From NCBI GenBank assembly GCA_964536925.1, contig CAZHZF010000008.1:7479-71478 (forward strand): a stretch of DNA of 64,000 nucleotides. Reading direction: 5' to 3'. Below, piece by piece: positions 24,810 through 33,947 of this stretch. Each line of letters opens with the position of its first letter. Positions within the stretch are counted from its first letter, which is position 1. The stretch is from an uncultured Dehalococcoidales bacterium (GTDB lineage Bacteria > Chloroflexota > UBA6077 > FW602-bin22). A program made the translations under genes and the position numbers. The notes under the pieces are model-generated. The model was not told the DNA's origin and did no database searches. It saw only the letters and a list, made by a program, of their open reading frames with translations.

Positions 24810-25742
24810 CTAGAAGATCGCGCTGACCGACTCGCCGAGGTTGATCCGCCGAATCGCTTCGCCGAAGATCGGGGCGATCGACAGAACCCGGAGGTTCGGC
24901 AGCCGTTTCTCGGCCGGAATCGGCACGGTGTTCGCGGTGATGATCTCATCCACTTCCAGAGCCGCCAAGCGCTCGACTGCTGGGCCCGAGAGGACGGGAT
25001 GCGTGCAGGCGACGGTGATGCCGGTGACCCGGCGTTTCCGCAGCAGTCGCGTCGTCTCCACGATGGTGCCCGCGTTCGCGATCTCATCGTCGAACACGAT
25101 CGCGTGCCGATCGGCGACATCTCCCACGATATCGTCGATCTCCACGCGATCGTCCGCGACACGACGCTTGTTTCCCGCCGCGAGCGGCACACCCAGGCGG
25201 CGCGCCAGTTGACTCGCGCGCTTCGCGTTGCCGATGTCCGGCGTCACGACGATCGTATCGGCAAGTTCCTGGACGCCGAAATGACCGGCGAGCACTGGCT
25301 GCGCCGTCAGGTGATCCACGGGCATGGAGAAGAACCCGTGCACCTGCGCGGAGTGCAGGTCCATCGTCAGAAAACGGGACACGCCAGCGCTCTTCAGCAG
25401 ATCGGCGACCAGACGCCCGGCGATTGAGATGCGCGGCTCGTCCTTCTTGTCGCTGCGCGCGTACGAGTAGTAGGGCACCACGGCGGTGACGCGACTCGCC
25501 GACGCGTCGCGGGCTGCGTCCACCATCATCAGAAGTTCGAACAGGTGGTCCTGCACCGGCGGGCTGAACGTCTGGACGATGTAGACGTCGTGTTCGCGCA
25601 CGCTCTCGCGAAGCTGGATATACAGGTTGTCGTTGCTGAAGCGGCGGTGCACCGATGGACACAGTTCGACGCCAAGGTACCGGCAGATCTCCGCCGCGAG
25701 TTCGGGGTGCGAACTCCCGCTGAAGACCTTGATCGAGCGCAT
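24810..25742 (-). CDS. prs: Ribose-phosphate pyrophosphokinase
   Basis: MRSIKVFSGSSHPELAAEI...; PRPP-binding loop DDEIANAGT. Confidence 0.95.
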   Translation of the reverse strand: MRSIKVFSGSSHPELAAEICRYLGVELCPSVHRRFSNDNLYIQLRESVREHDVYIVQTFSPPVQDHLFELLMMVDAARDASASRVTAVVPYYSYARSDKKDEPRISIAGRLVADLLKSAGVSRFLTMDLHSAQVHGFFSMPVDHLTAQPVLAGHFGVQELADTIVVTPDIGNAKRASQLARRLGVPLAAGNKRRVADDRVEIDDIVGDVADRHAIVFDDEIANAGTIVETTRLLRKRRVTGITVACTHPVLSGPAVERLAALEVDEIITANTVPIPAEKRLPNLRVLSIAPIFGEAIRRINLGESVSAIF

Positions 25743-25747
25743 GGTGC

Positions 25748-26890
25748 TCAGGTCCGAGCGCCTGTCGCGAAGGCCTGCAACAGGCGATCGATCACGATCG
25801 CCTCCTCGCCTTCCTCCAGCGTCTGCGGGTTGACGTAGATTCCGTCCCGACCCGAGGGAGACACCTCGACGTACGGGTTTCCCTCGCGCAGACGCGCGAC
25901 CAGAGTGTCCCGATCGATCCCGGCCGCACCGGCGTCGATCTCGATCTGCGCGCGGGGCATGGGCTGACCGGCTTCGCTCGGGAAATCACGCCGCGCGAAG
26001 ACCCCGCGCACGGCACGCATCGCTTCGACGACCCGCGAAACCTGTCGCTCGTAGCGGGCGATGAGGGCTGGTTCATCGAGACTGAGGTACCACTCCACCG
26101 CGGCGACGATGCCGGCGATCTCCTCCTTACCCACCTTCATTGGGCGCCCGATCGCGTTGTTCGGTGGCCCGTTGAGGCGAACCCCTTCGATGAGGTCGGC
26201 GCGCCCGACGATGAGCCCGGAGGACTGCGGCCCGCGCAATCCCTTGCCGCCGCTGAATACCGCGAGATCCGCGCCTGCCTCCGTATAGGCCCACAGGTTC
26301 GAGATCGGTGGGATCTGCGCGGCGCCATCCACGATCACGGGGACCGATCGCGCGTGGGCGATCTCGACCACGCGCGCCAGGGGAAGCGCCCCCTGCTCGA
26401 AGTGATACCCCGCAAAGTACACCACCGCCGCCGTCCGCTCGCTGAGAGCGGCCTCGAGTTCCCAGGCGTGGGTCACGCCGCGAAGGCCGATCTCGACCAG
26501 GCGGACGCCGGTCTGGCGTACCGCGTGGTCGTAGCCGTTCCGCTGGCAGCGATGGATGACGACCTCGTTCTTCAGTCCGGTGAGATCGTTCGGGAGGCGC
26601 GCGATGAGCGCCGGATCGGTGCCGGTGATGCATGCCGCGGTGCTCAGAGTCAGACCGGCAGCCGCACCGTTGCACAGGTATGCGGCCTGATTACGGGTCA
26701 TCCGCGCGACGCGCTGGCCCGCGGCCGCCTGGAGTGCCGGCACATCGATGAAGCTGCGCGACGCCCTGACCATCGCCTCGATCACGGGCGCGGGCATGAT
26801 CGAGCCGCCCAGGCGCGTCAGGGTAGCCGAGGCATTGATGACACGCCGGAGGCCGAGTTCATCGTAGAGATCGAGCTTGCTGACGGTCAC
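25748..26890 (-). CDS. SelA-family (COG1921-like) PLP-dependent enzyme lacking the SelA N-terminal domain
   Basis: FSGGKGLRGPQSSGLIVGR matches the SelA PLP-lysine region (FSGDKLLGGPQAG). About 380 aa from GTG 26890, which lies 5 nt after SD GGGAGG. Confidence 0.75.
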   Translation of the reverse strand: MTVSKLDLYDELGLRRVINASATLTRLGGSIMPAPVIEAMVRASRSFIDVPALQAAAGQRVARMTRNQAAYLCNGAAAGLTLSTAACITGTDPALIARLPNDLTGLKNEVVIHRCQRNGYDHAVRQTGVRLVEIGLRGVTHAWELEAALSERTAAVVYFAGYHFEQGALPLARVVEIAHARSVPVIVDGAAQIPPISNLWAYTEAGADLAVFSGGKGLRGPQSSGLIVGRADLIEGVRLNGPPNNAIGRPMKVGKEEIAGIVAAVEWYLSLDEPALIARYERQVSRVVEAMRAVRGVFARRDFPSEAGQPMPRAQIEIDAGAAGIDRDTLVARLREGNPYVEVSPSGRDGIYVNPQTLEEGEEAIVIDRLLQAFATGART

Positions 26891-26939
26891 GACGGCCTCC
26901 CGCGCCACTCGATGGTAGCAAGGCGCCCCCTCGGCCGCC

Positions 26940-27731
26940 TCAGGCCCGAATGACCAGTTCGACTCCCATGACGATGAGGTCGAGATCCTGGATCCCGTTG
27001 AGGGCGGCGAGATCGGCCACGGTGACACCGTGCGCCTCCGCGATCTGCCTCAGGGTATCGCCGGGTTTCACGACGTAGGTCACCCGTTGCGATCGGAGGC
27101 GCAGGGTCTGCCCCACCGCGATGAGGTCGGGGTTGGTGAGTTCGTTGAGCGCGATGAGATCCGAAACCGGCACGGCGTACCGGCGCGCGACCGCGTGCAG
27201 AGTCTCGCCCGCCGTAACCGCGTGCTCGATCGGCTCCGGCGTCGGCGTCGGAACGGGCGTTGCCGTGGGCGGGGGACGTGGTGGCACGGGCGGGGCGACC
27301 GCGCGCGACTGAGGCGCAGCTACCACAGGTGTGCCATCGGGCCCCGACACGACGTGGTACTCCACCGTGAATCCCCAGGAGTTCGGCGGGTCGAGCGCGA
27401 AGAAGGCCGCGCGGGAGAGATCGAGCGCGTGGGCGAATCCGCCGCGATCGCGCACCTGGACGATCACGAACCGCCCGTTCGCCGGGTTGATCACCTTCAG
27501 CCAGGTGCCGAACGGATACTGGTTCGAGGCAGTGGTGGTTGGATCGTTCTCGTCGAAGATCTGGCCATTCGCCATCACGTTGCCGTGAAATCCCGGCCCG
27601 TACCAGGTGGCATAGCCCGTCTCGGCCGAGGCCGGCACGATGACGGATGCGAGAAGGAGCAGAGCGCAGACGACAGCCGTTGTCAGTCGCCCCGCGACGC
27701 CGCGGGAAGCCATTGCCGGGCAGGCTAACAA
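26940..27731 (-). CDS. RlpA-like double-psi beta-barrel protein with two C-terminal LysM domains
   Basis: GYATWYGPGFHGNVMANGQIFD...VIVQVRDRG (DPBB) and two LysM repeats (VTAGETLHAVARRY..., VVKPGDTLRQIAEAHG...). Confidence 0.85.
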   Translation of the reverse strand: MLACPAMASRGVAGRLTTAVVCALLLLASVIVPASAETGYATWYGPGFHGNVMANGQIFDENDPTTTASNQYPFGTWLKVINPANGRFVIVQVRDRGGFAHALDLSRAAFFALDPPNSWGFTVEYHVVSGPDGTPVVAAPQSRAVAPPVPPRPPPTATPVPTPTPEPIEHAVTAGETLHAVARRYAVPVSDLIALNELTNPDLIAVGQTLRLRSQRVTYVVKPGDTLRQIAEAHGVTVADLAALNGIQDLDLIVMGVELVIRA

Positions 27732-27824
27732 ATGCCGTTGCAGGCAGTCAACGCGCGACGGATGAGAGCGCCGTTGGAGAAAGGTCGTGTGGGCAGGTCC
27801 GCGCGATCGTGGATCTGCCCGGCA

Positions 27825-28967
27825 TCATCCGCGTCGGAGGATGAGCGGAGCGACCGCGCCTCCGATCAGCCCGGTGATCCCGGCGAGAATGAAGGCGGTT
27901 GGCAGGTCAGCGGCCTGCGAGACAACGCCTGTCGCGATCGCGCCGCCGCCGATCCCGAGTTCGAGGAGCACGCCGGCCGTGCCCATCGCGACTCCGGAAC
28001 GGCCTGGTGCGGCCCGATCAACAGCCGCCGCGAAGAGCGCGGTGGTCGAAGCGCCAAGGCCGAATCCGAAAAGCGCAGCGCCCAGCAGCAGGGACCATGC
28101 CGGGAGAAATGGTGTGAGCAGCACTCCGACGCCTCCCAGCGCGAGGCCCGGGGCGATCACCCAGGTCCGTCCGAACCGGTCGCTCGCGCGGCCTCCCGCG
28201 AACTGGCCCGCGATCATCGCCGCGGAGAAGGCGGTGAAGTACAGCCCCGCATTTTCGAGTCCGGCGACCCCGGCCTGGATCGGCACGAACGAGGTCACTG
28301 CGCCGTAGCCGATCTGCGCGACGCCCAGGAGCGCGCCTACCGCAACGGCCGACGAGTCCCAGGGGAGCCAGGCGCGGACCGGGGCGTCCGACGTCTCCGC
28401 GCTCCGGTCGCGGCGAGGGACCGCGATCCGCATCGCGACGAGCGCTCCGACTGCACCAAGCGCTCCGGACCACACGAAGACCGCCGAGGTTCCGGCGGCC
28501 TGCGCCAGCGTGAATCCGATCGCCGGCGCCACACCACCGGCGAGAACCTGCGCACTGTACTGGAGGGCGATCGCCTCGCCGCGGCGTCCGGCCGGCGCCA
28601 GCCGGTCAGCCAGCAGAGGGATCGTCGTGGCGGCGAGTGCCATTCCGATGCCGTGGAACACGCGCACGGCGATAAGGGCGCCGATCGAGTTCGCCGGGAT
28701 GTAGAGCACCGAAGCCGTCGCGAAGACCAGGCCGCCGCCCACGAGGAGGGCACGATGCTGCTCGCGATCGAGCAGCAGTCCGACGAACGGTCGCCCCATC
28801 ATCGCCGAGAGGGCGAACACCCCGAGCATGAGGCCGATCTCGCCGGGTGCACCGCCCAGGTGCACGGCCTGGAGCGGCACGACCGCGAGCATCAGAAAGA
28901 AGCTGCTGAGAATGGAGAAGCCAGCCGCCCACAGGAGAACGGCGTCGCGGGTGAGAAGGGCGAGAAT
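27825..28967 (-). CDS. MFS transporter (5' end unresolved)
   Basis: Multi-TM MFS-like sequence. The track ORF starts at ATG 28892, inside predicted TM1. The frame is open upstream, across the response-regulator stop, and encodes LLTRDAVLLWAAGFSILSSFFL. Confidence 0.75.
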   Translation of the reverse strand: MLALLTRDAVLLWAAGFSILSSFFLMLAVVPLQAVHLGGAPGEIGLMLGVFALSAMMGRPFVGLLLDREQHRALLVGGGLVFATASVLYIPANSIGALIAVRVFHGIGMALAATTIPLLADRLAPAGRRGEAIALQYSAQVLAGGVAPAIGFTLAQAAGTSAVFVWSGALGAVGALVAMRIAVPRRDRSAETSDAPVRAWLPWDSSAVAVGALLGVAQIGYGAVTSFVPIQAGVAGLENAGLYFTAFSAAMIAGQFAGGRASDRFGRTWVIAPGLALGGVGVLLTPFLPAWSLLLGAALFGFGLGASTTALFAAAVDRAAPGRSGVAMGTAGVLLELGIGGGAIATGVVSQAADLPTAFILAGITGLIGGAVAPLILRRG

Positions 28968-28969
28968 GA

Positions 28970-29629
28970 CTAAGCGCCCGTCGCGGTGAGCAGCCCCTTG
29001 CGCAGGGCGTACTGGATCAACTGCGAGCGGTGATGGATGTCCAGCTTGTCCATGATCCGCTGGCGGTAGGTGTCGACAGTCTTGGCGCTGATGATCAGGC
29101 GATCCGCGATCTCCTGGGCCGAGTAGCCTTCCGCGGTGAGCTTGAGGACCTCACGCTCTCGCTCCGAGAGCCCATCCGCGGCGCGCGAGTCCTGGAGGAC
29201 GCGGCGGCGGTAATCGTCGAGGAGTTGACTCGCCGCTGATGGGCTGAGGACGGCGTCGCCCGCGTGGGCGCTCCGTATCGCCGCGATCAACTCCGTGTCG
29301 GCGGCCTGTTTGAGGACGCAACCCACGCTACCGGCCTGAAGCACCGGCAGGATGTACTGCTGCTCGGCGTGCATGGTGAGGACGACGACGCGGACATCCG
29401 GCGCGAGCGCCCCGATCTGGCGGGTAGCCTCCAGGCCTCCCATCACGGGCATGGAGAGGTCCATCACCACGAGGTCGGGCTTGAGGTGGATCGCCGCCTC
29501 AACCGCCTCGCGGCCGTTGCCGGCTTCGCCCACGACCACCATGTCCGGTTCGGCATTCAGGAGCGCCCGGAGCCCGGACCGCAGGACGGCGTGGTCATCG
29601 GCCAGAACGATGCGGATCGGTTCGCTCAC
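28970..29629 (-). CDS. NarL/FixJ-family response regulator (REC + LuxR HTH)
   Basis: IRIVLADDHAVLRSGL...DLVVMDLSMP...LSEREREVLKLTAEGYSAQEIADRL. The GTG start overlaps the kinase stop (GTGA). Confidence 0.9.
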   Translation of the reverse strand: MSEPIRIVLADDHAVLRSGLRALLNAEPDMVVVGEAGNGREAVEAAIHLKPDLVVMDLSMPVMGGLEATRQIGALAPDVRVVVLTMHAEQQYILPVLQAGSVGCVLKQAADTELIAAIRSAHAGDAVLSPSAASQLLDDYRRRVLQDSRAADGLSEREREVLKLTAEGYSAQEIADRLIISAKTVDTYRQRIMDKLDIHHRSQLIQYALRKGLLTATGA

Positions 29630-30768
29630 GAGGTCTGACCTGCCAGGGCCCGTCTGGGCGCACGCTCTGAGGTGGGGATCGACGACTGCCACGCCTCGTG
29701 AGGCACACGCGCATTGACCCGCGCGCCCCCGAGCGGCGACCGCCCGAACGCGATCGATCCGCCGACCAGTTCGACCCGTTCGCGCATCCCGAACAGCCCC
29801 AGTCGCTGAGTATCGTCGCCGCCGGGCTCGGTGGGAAAGCCGACTCCATCATCATCCACCGTCAGCGTCACCTCGTCGCCCTCGAAGGCGAGGCGCACGT
29901 GCGCACGCCCGGCACGCGCGTGGCGCGCCACATTGGTCAGCGCCTCCTGTGCGACGCGATAGATGACCAATTCCACCTGTTCGTGGAGCCTCCCTCGGGC
30001 GCTGTCCACGCTGAACTCGACCTCGATCCCGCCGCGCTGCTGCCAGTCCCGACAGTGTTCCTCCAGCGCCGCCACGAGGCCGAGATGATCCAGCAGCGTC
30101 GGCCGCAATTCGATCGCGAGCTTCCGCACGTCCTCGAGCGCCGCCATAGTGATCTCTCGGGTGGCGGAGAGGCCGGCGCGTACCTGGGCGAGATCGCTGG
30201 CCGACTGGAGGACGCGGAGGTGGACGACGATGGAAGTGAGGGCCTGCGCGGTCTCGTCGTGCAGTTCGCGCGCGATCCGCAGGCGCTCCTCCTCCTGCGC
30301 CCGAATCACCTGCGACGACATCGCGCGCAGGCGGGACCGGTAGGTCACCAGCTCGTCGAGCATGCCATTCAGCGTGTCCCCGAGCTGATCGATGGAGGGA
30401 TCGGAGGTGGCCAGGCGTCGCGCGCGGGTGGTGAGGTCGCCTCGCCGTACCGCGGAGACGGTGCGTTCCAGGGCGCGAAGCGGTGCGAACGCCGCTCGGA
30501 GTACCGCGTGATTGACCGCCACACTGAGGATCGTTCCGATCGCCCCGAGCACCAGGACGAGATCGAGGTAATCGGTCGCCGGATCCAGCCGGACGAGGGT
30601 GGCCGTCAGCCAGGTGCCGATCGCCGCCCCCATCACCACGATGACGGTATTCGCCACGAGGACCTTCGTCGCGATCGGTAGACGGAGGAGGCGGTCACTC
30701 AGGCCGCGAGTGCTCCGAGCCATTGCGGAGATCATAGGGAGCGCTGTCGGGAAAGGTCCGACAAGCAT
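29626..30768 (-). CDS. Sensor histidine kinase (HAMP + HisKA_3 + HATPase_c)
   Basis: RLRIARELHDETAQAL H-box, two N-terminal TM helices, and a C-terminal ATPase with DDGVGF and GLFGMRER. Confidence 0.85.
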   Translation of the reverse strand: MLVGPFPTALPMISAMARSTRGLSDRLLRLPIATKVLVANTVIVVMGAAIGTWLTATLVRLDPATDYLDLVLVLGAIGTILSVAVNHAVLRAAFAPLRALERTVSAVRRGDLTTRARRLATSDPSIDQLGDTLNGMLDELVTYRSRLRAMSSQVIRAQEEERLRIARELHDETAQALTSIVVHLRVLQSASDLAQVRAGLSATREITMAALEDVRKLAIELRPTLLDHLGLVAALEEHCRDWQQRGGIEVEFSVDSARGRLHEQVELVIYRVAQEALTNVARHARAGRAHVRLAFEGDEVTLTVDDDGVGFPTEPGGDDTQRLGLFGMRERVELVGGSIAFGRSPLGGARVNARVPHEAWQSSIPTSERAPRRALAGQTS

Positions 30769-30783
30769 TCCGCCTCGGGCGGC

Positions 30784-30813
30784 TTGACACCCCCGAAAAG
30801 TCGCCCATAGTAT
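30784..30813 (+). promoter_or_regulatory. Sigma-70-like promoter of the cytochrome bc operon
   Basis: TTGACA (30784-30789), 18-nt spacer, TAGTAT (30808-30813), 30 nt before the TTG start. Confidence 0.45.
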
Positions 30814-30843
30814 CTGGCGCTACTCCCTTCTCAGGGGTCTCCG

Positions 30844-31578
30844 TTGCGTCAGTACACGTTCGACGAGATCTCCCACTCGGTGCGAAACAGCCGGGTATGG
30901 CGATCGTTCTTCAGGCACGGCTGGCCGGAGACATCACGGGCCAAGGCGCTGACCGTGATGAACAACTTCTTCCTGCACGTGCACCCGACCCGTTTGCCCG
31001 CCCACGCGCTGAAGGTCACGTACACGTTCTGCCTTGGCGGCCTCTCGTTCTTCCTGTTCCTGATGCTCACGCTGACAGGCATCCTGCTCATGTTCTACTA
31101 CGTACCTGACATCAATCGTGCCTACACGGACATGAAGGCGCTGGAGTCGGCGGTCAACTTCGGGATGCTGATGCGCAATGTCCACCGATGGGCGGCCCAC
31201 GGCATGGTGATCACCGTATTCCTCCATATGTGCCGGGTCTTCTACACCGGCTCGTACAAGCCCCCTCGCGAGTTCAACTGGGTCATCGGGGTGGCGCTGC
31301 TGCTGGTCACATTCCTCCTGTCGTTCTCGGGGTACTTGCTACCGTGGGATCAGCTGTCGTTCTGGGCCATTACCGTGGGCACGGGTCTGGCGACCTACGC
31401 GCCGTTCATCGGTCCGGAGATTCGCTTCCAGCTCATCGGCGGCTACGAGGTGGGTCAGAACGCGCTGATCCGCTTCTACACTCTGCATGTCATCGGTCTG
31501 CCGACGGTCGCGCTGTTGCTGATGTTCGTCCACTTCTGGAGGATCCGGAAGGACGGCGGCATCTCGCGGCCGCTCTGA
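30844..31578 (+). CDS. Cytochrome b6-type (split cytochrome b, N-terminal four-helix half)
   Basis: [25 protein letters not shown]...[12 protein letters not shown]...[15 protein letters not shown]...FYTLHV, with conserved haem-ligand His positions. Confidence 0.9.
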   Translation: MRQYTFDEISHSVRNSRVWRSFFRHGWPETSRAKALTVMNNFFLHVHPTRLPAHALKVTYTFCLGGLSFFLFLMLTLTGILLMFYYVPDINRAYTDMKALESAVNFGMLMRNVHRWAAHGMVITVFLHMCRVFYTGSYKPPREFNWVIGVALLLVTFLLSFSGYLLPWDQLSFWAITVGTGLATYAPFIGPEIRFQLIGGYEVGQNALIRFYTLHVIGLPTVALLLMFVHFWRIRKDGGISRPL

Positions 31579-31602
31579 TCGCGGGCGCGGGGAGGGATCG
31601 AG

Positions 31603-32412
31603 TTGGCGGAAGCAGGCGCTGAGCGGCAGATGCCGATGGCGGCGGATGCTGCCACGGGCGGAAGCGGTAACAGGCTGCTGGAGGCGGCGCGCCGTGTCGA
31701 ACGGCGGGAGCCGGCCGCGGCGTCTCCGGGCCAGGGCAAGCAACAGGACATGGTCATGGTCTGGCCGCAGCTCGTCTCGATCGAGTTCGTGGCGATGCTC
31801 GTGTTCACGATCATGCTCCTGCTCCTCGGTACCTTCGTCAACTCGCCGTTGGCGCTCCTCGCCAACCCGGACTCGACGCCGAACCCGTCGAAGGCGCCCT
31901 GGTACTTCCTGAACCTGCAGGAACTGCTCCTGCACATGCATCCCACGCTCGCCGGCGTCCTCGTACCGGGTGGTGCGCTCCTGCTCCTGGCGGCGATCCC
32001 GTACGTCGACAACACGCCGGCGGGCACGGGGCGCTGGTTCACCAGCACGATGGGCCGCGAGATCACGGTCTTCTCGATGATCTATGCGACCGTCCTCAAC
32101 ATCGCGATGATCCTCTTCAACGAGTACGTCGGCGTCCGCCGCCTCCTCCAGCCTCTGCCGCTCCCGTCGTTCATCACGGTGAGCATCATCGAGATCGTGA
32201 TACCGGTGGCACTGATGTACGGTCTCTCGCACCTGCTTGTGGTGTGGGTCCGGAGACGTTGGCCGGGTGCCGATACGCGCCATTGTCTGATCGCGCTTTT
32301 CAGCGGGTTCGTGGCGACCTATATCGTCCTGACGATGAGCGGGACCGCGTTCCGAGGTGAGGGAATGCATCTCTTCTGGCCGTGGGATGTGACCACCCAC
32401 GGACTTCACTGA
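31603..32412 (+). CDS. Cytochrome bc subunit IV-like protein (C-terminal half of cytochrome b), extended
   Basis: SKAPWYFLNLQELL (PEWY-type motif) and multiple TM helices. The N-terminal start is uncertain. Confidence 0.8.
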   Translation: MAEAGAERQMPMAADAATGGSGNRLLEAARRVERREPAAASPGQGKQQDMVMVWPQLVSIEFVAMLVFTIMLLLLGTFVNSPLALLANPDSTPNPSKAPWYFLNLQELLLHMHPTLAGVLVPGGALLLLAAIPYVDNTPAGTGRWFTSTMGREITVFSMIYATVLNIAMILFNEYVGVRRLLQPLPLPSFITVSIIEIVIPVALMYGLSHLLVVWVRRRWPGADTRHCLIALFSGFVATYIVLTMSGTAFRGEGMHLFWPWDVTTHGLH

Positions 32413-32425
32413 CAGGAGTCCGCGG

Positions 32426-32965
32426 TTGGCGCATGAGATGGCCCATCCCGGGGCGCACGTCGTGGGCGGCCCATGGGGCATCACCCGGCGATGGTTCCTC
32501 CGACTCGCGGTGCTCGGCAGCCTCGGCGCGGTCGCCACGCAGGCGATCGGGTGCTTCATCCATTTCTACTACCCGACGCGCGTCGGTACATTCGGCGGCC
32601 GCGTGCTGGCCGGTAAGCCAGAGGACCTGAAGGTCGGTGACACGAAGTATGTGCGCGAGGGCAAGTTCTACCTGACGCGGGTGCCGGATGGATATCTGGC
32701 GCTCTTCCAGAAATGTCCGCATCTCGGCTGCGTCGTGCCGTGGAAGCCGGATGACCCGACGGAGGACAACCTGGCGGCCAAAGGCCGCTTCAACTGCGGC
32801 TGTCACGGCTCGATCTACGATCGGTATGGCGTCCTCAAGGCAGGCCCGGCGCCACGGCCCATGGACTTCATGCCCATCACGATCGAGAACGGCAATCTGA
32901 TCGTCGATACCGGGAGAGCCACCACACGCGCGGCATACGATCCATCTCAGGCGCTCCCGGTCTAG
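32426..32965 (+). CDS. Rieske [2Fe-2S] protein with Tat signal
   Basis: TRRWFLRLAVLGSLG; CPHLGC...CGCHGS Rieske boxes. Confidence 0.9.
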   Translation: MAHEMAHPGAHVVGGPWGITRRWFLRLAVLGSLGAVATQAIGCFIHFYYPTRVGTFGGRVLAGKPEDLKVGDTKYVREGKFYLTRVPDGYLALFQKCPHLGCVVPWKPDDPTEDNLAAKGRFNCGCHGSIYDRYGVLKAGPAPRPMDFMPITIENGNLIVDTGRATTRAAYDPSQALPV

Positions 32966-32968
32966 CGG

Positions 32969-33937
32969 ATGGGCCAGTACTTCGTTCTTCTGACCGGCGG
33001 CGCACCCGCGGCACCACCGTCCTCGTCCGGGGGCGTGCATCTCGACGAGAACCTTCTGCAGGCCGGCTTCCTCGTCCTGATCCTCGTCGGTATCGCCCTG
33101 GCCGCGGCGCTCTACGTCGCGAATGTCCTCGACGTTCCGTGGCGACGCGCGATGTCGAACACCGATCGTCAGGCGATCGTCAACGGACTGATGATCACGT
33201 TCATCGCGGTCATCGTCGGGATCTATACGCTCGTCGAGCCGGCGCGACTCGCGGGCGCCACGAATCGTCAGATGGACTACTCGATAAACCGTGGAATGAA
33301 CCTCTACGGGCAGTACTGCATTGGCTGCCATGGTCTTCAGGGGCAAGGAGGGCCGGTCCCCGCCGACATCGCTGAGGGTGCGTTCGCGCCGCCCCTCGCC
33401 GGCCGCGCCGACCTCCGACCCGAGTCCCAGGCGGAGATGACGCAGAAGGCCGAGTTCCTCCGTAAGGTGATCGAGCGTGGGCGGCCAAACACCGCGATGC
33501 CCGCGTGGTCGATTACGGAGGGAGGCGCTCTCAACAGCCAGGACGTCGAGAACCTCGTTGACTTCGTGCAGCGAGGCGACTTCGCCTCCGTCACATCCGT
33601 GATGAGTGCCGAGGCAGTCGCCAAGGCAGAGGCGACCGCGGTCGCGGGAGGAGCCGCGATCTCCTCAGGTGGTCCGGGCCGGGCGCTCTTCCTCTCCAAG
33701 GGGTGTGCGGCGTGCCACACGATCCAGGGTGTGTCGTCGGGTACGGTGGGCCCCGCGCTCACGACGCAGGGTTCCAACCCGCAGATTGCAGGCGTGCTGG
33801 AGAACACTCGGGAGAACCTCATCCGCTGGATCCTCGATCCTCCCGCCGTGAAGCCGGGCACCCAGATGCCGAAGCTGGCCACGATCACGCAGCAGGACGC
33901 CGAGGTTCTGGCGGATTACCTGCAGTCGCTGAAGTAG
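32969..33937 (+). CDS. Membrane-anchored dihaem cytochrome c
   Basis: Two CxxCH motifs (CIGCH, CAACH) and two N-terminal TM helices. Confidence 0.85.
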   Translation: MGQYFVLLTGGAPAAPPSSSGGVHLDENLLQAGFLVLILVGIALAAALYVANVLDVPWRRAMSNTDRQAIVNGLMITFIAVIVGIYTLVEPARLAGATNRQMDYSINRGMNLYGQYCIGCHGLQGQGGPVPADIAEGAFAPPLAGRADLRPESQAEMTQKAEFLRKVIERGRPNTAMPAWSITEGGALNSQDVENLVDFVQRGDFASVTSVMSAEAVAKAEATAVAGGAAISSGGPGRALFLSKGCAACHTIQGVSSGTVGPALTTQGSNPQIAGVLENTRENLIRWILDPPAVKPGTQMPKLATITQQDAEVLADYLQSLK

Positions 33938-33947
33938 GAGCGTACCG

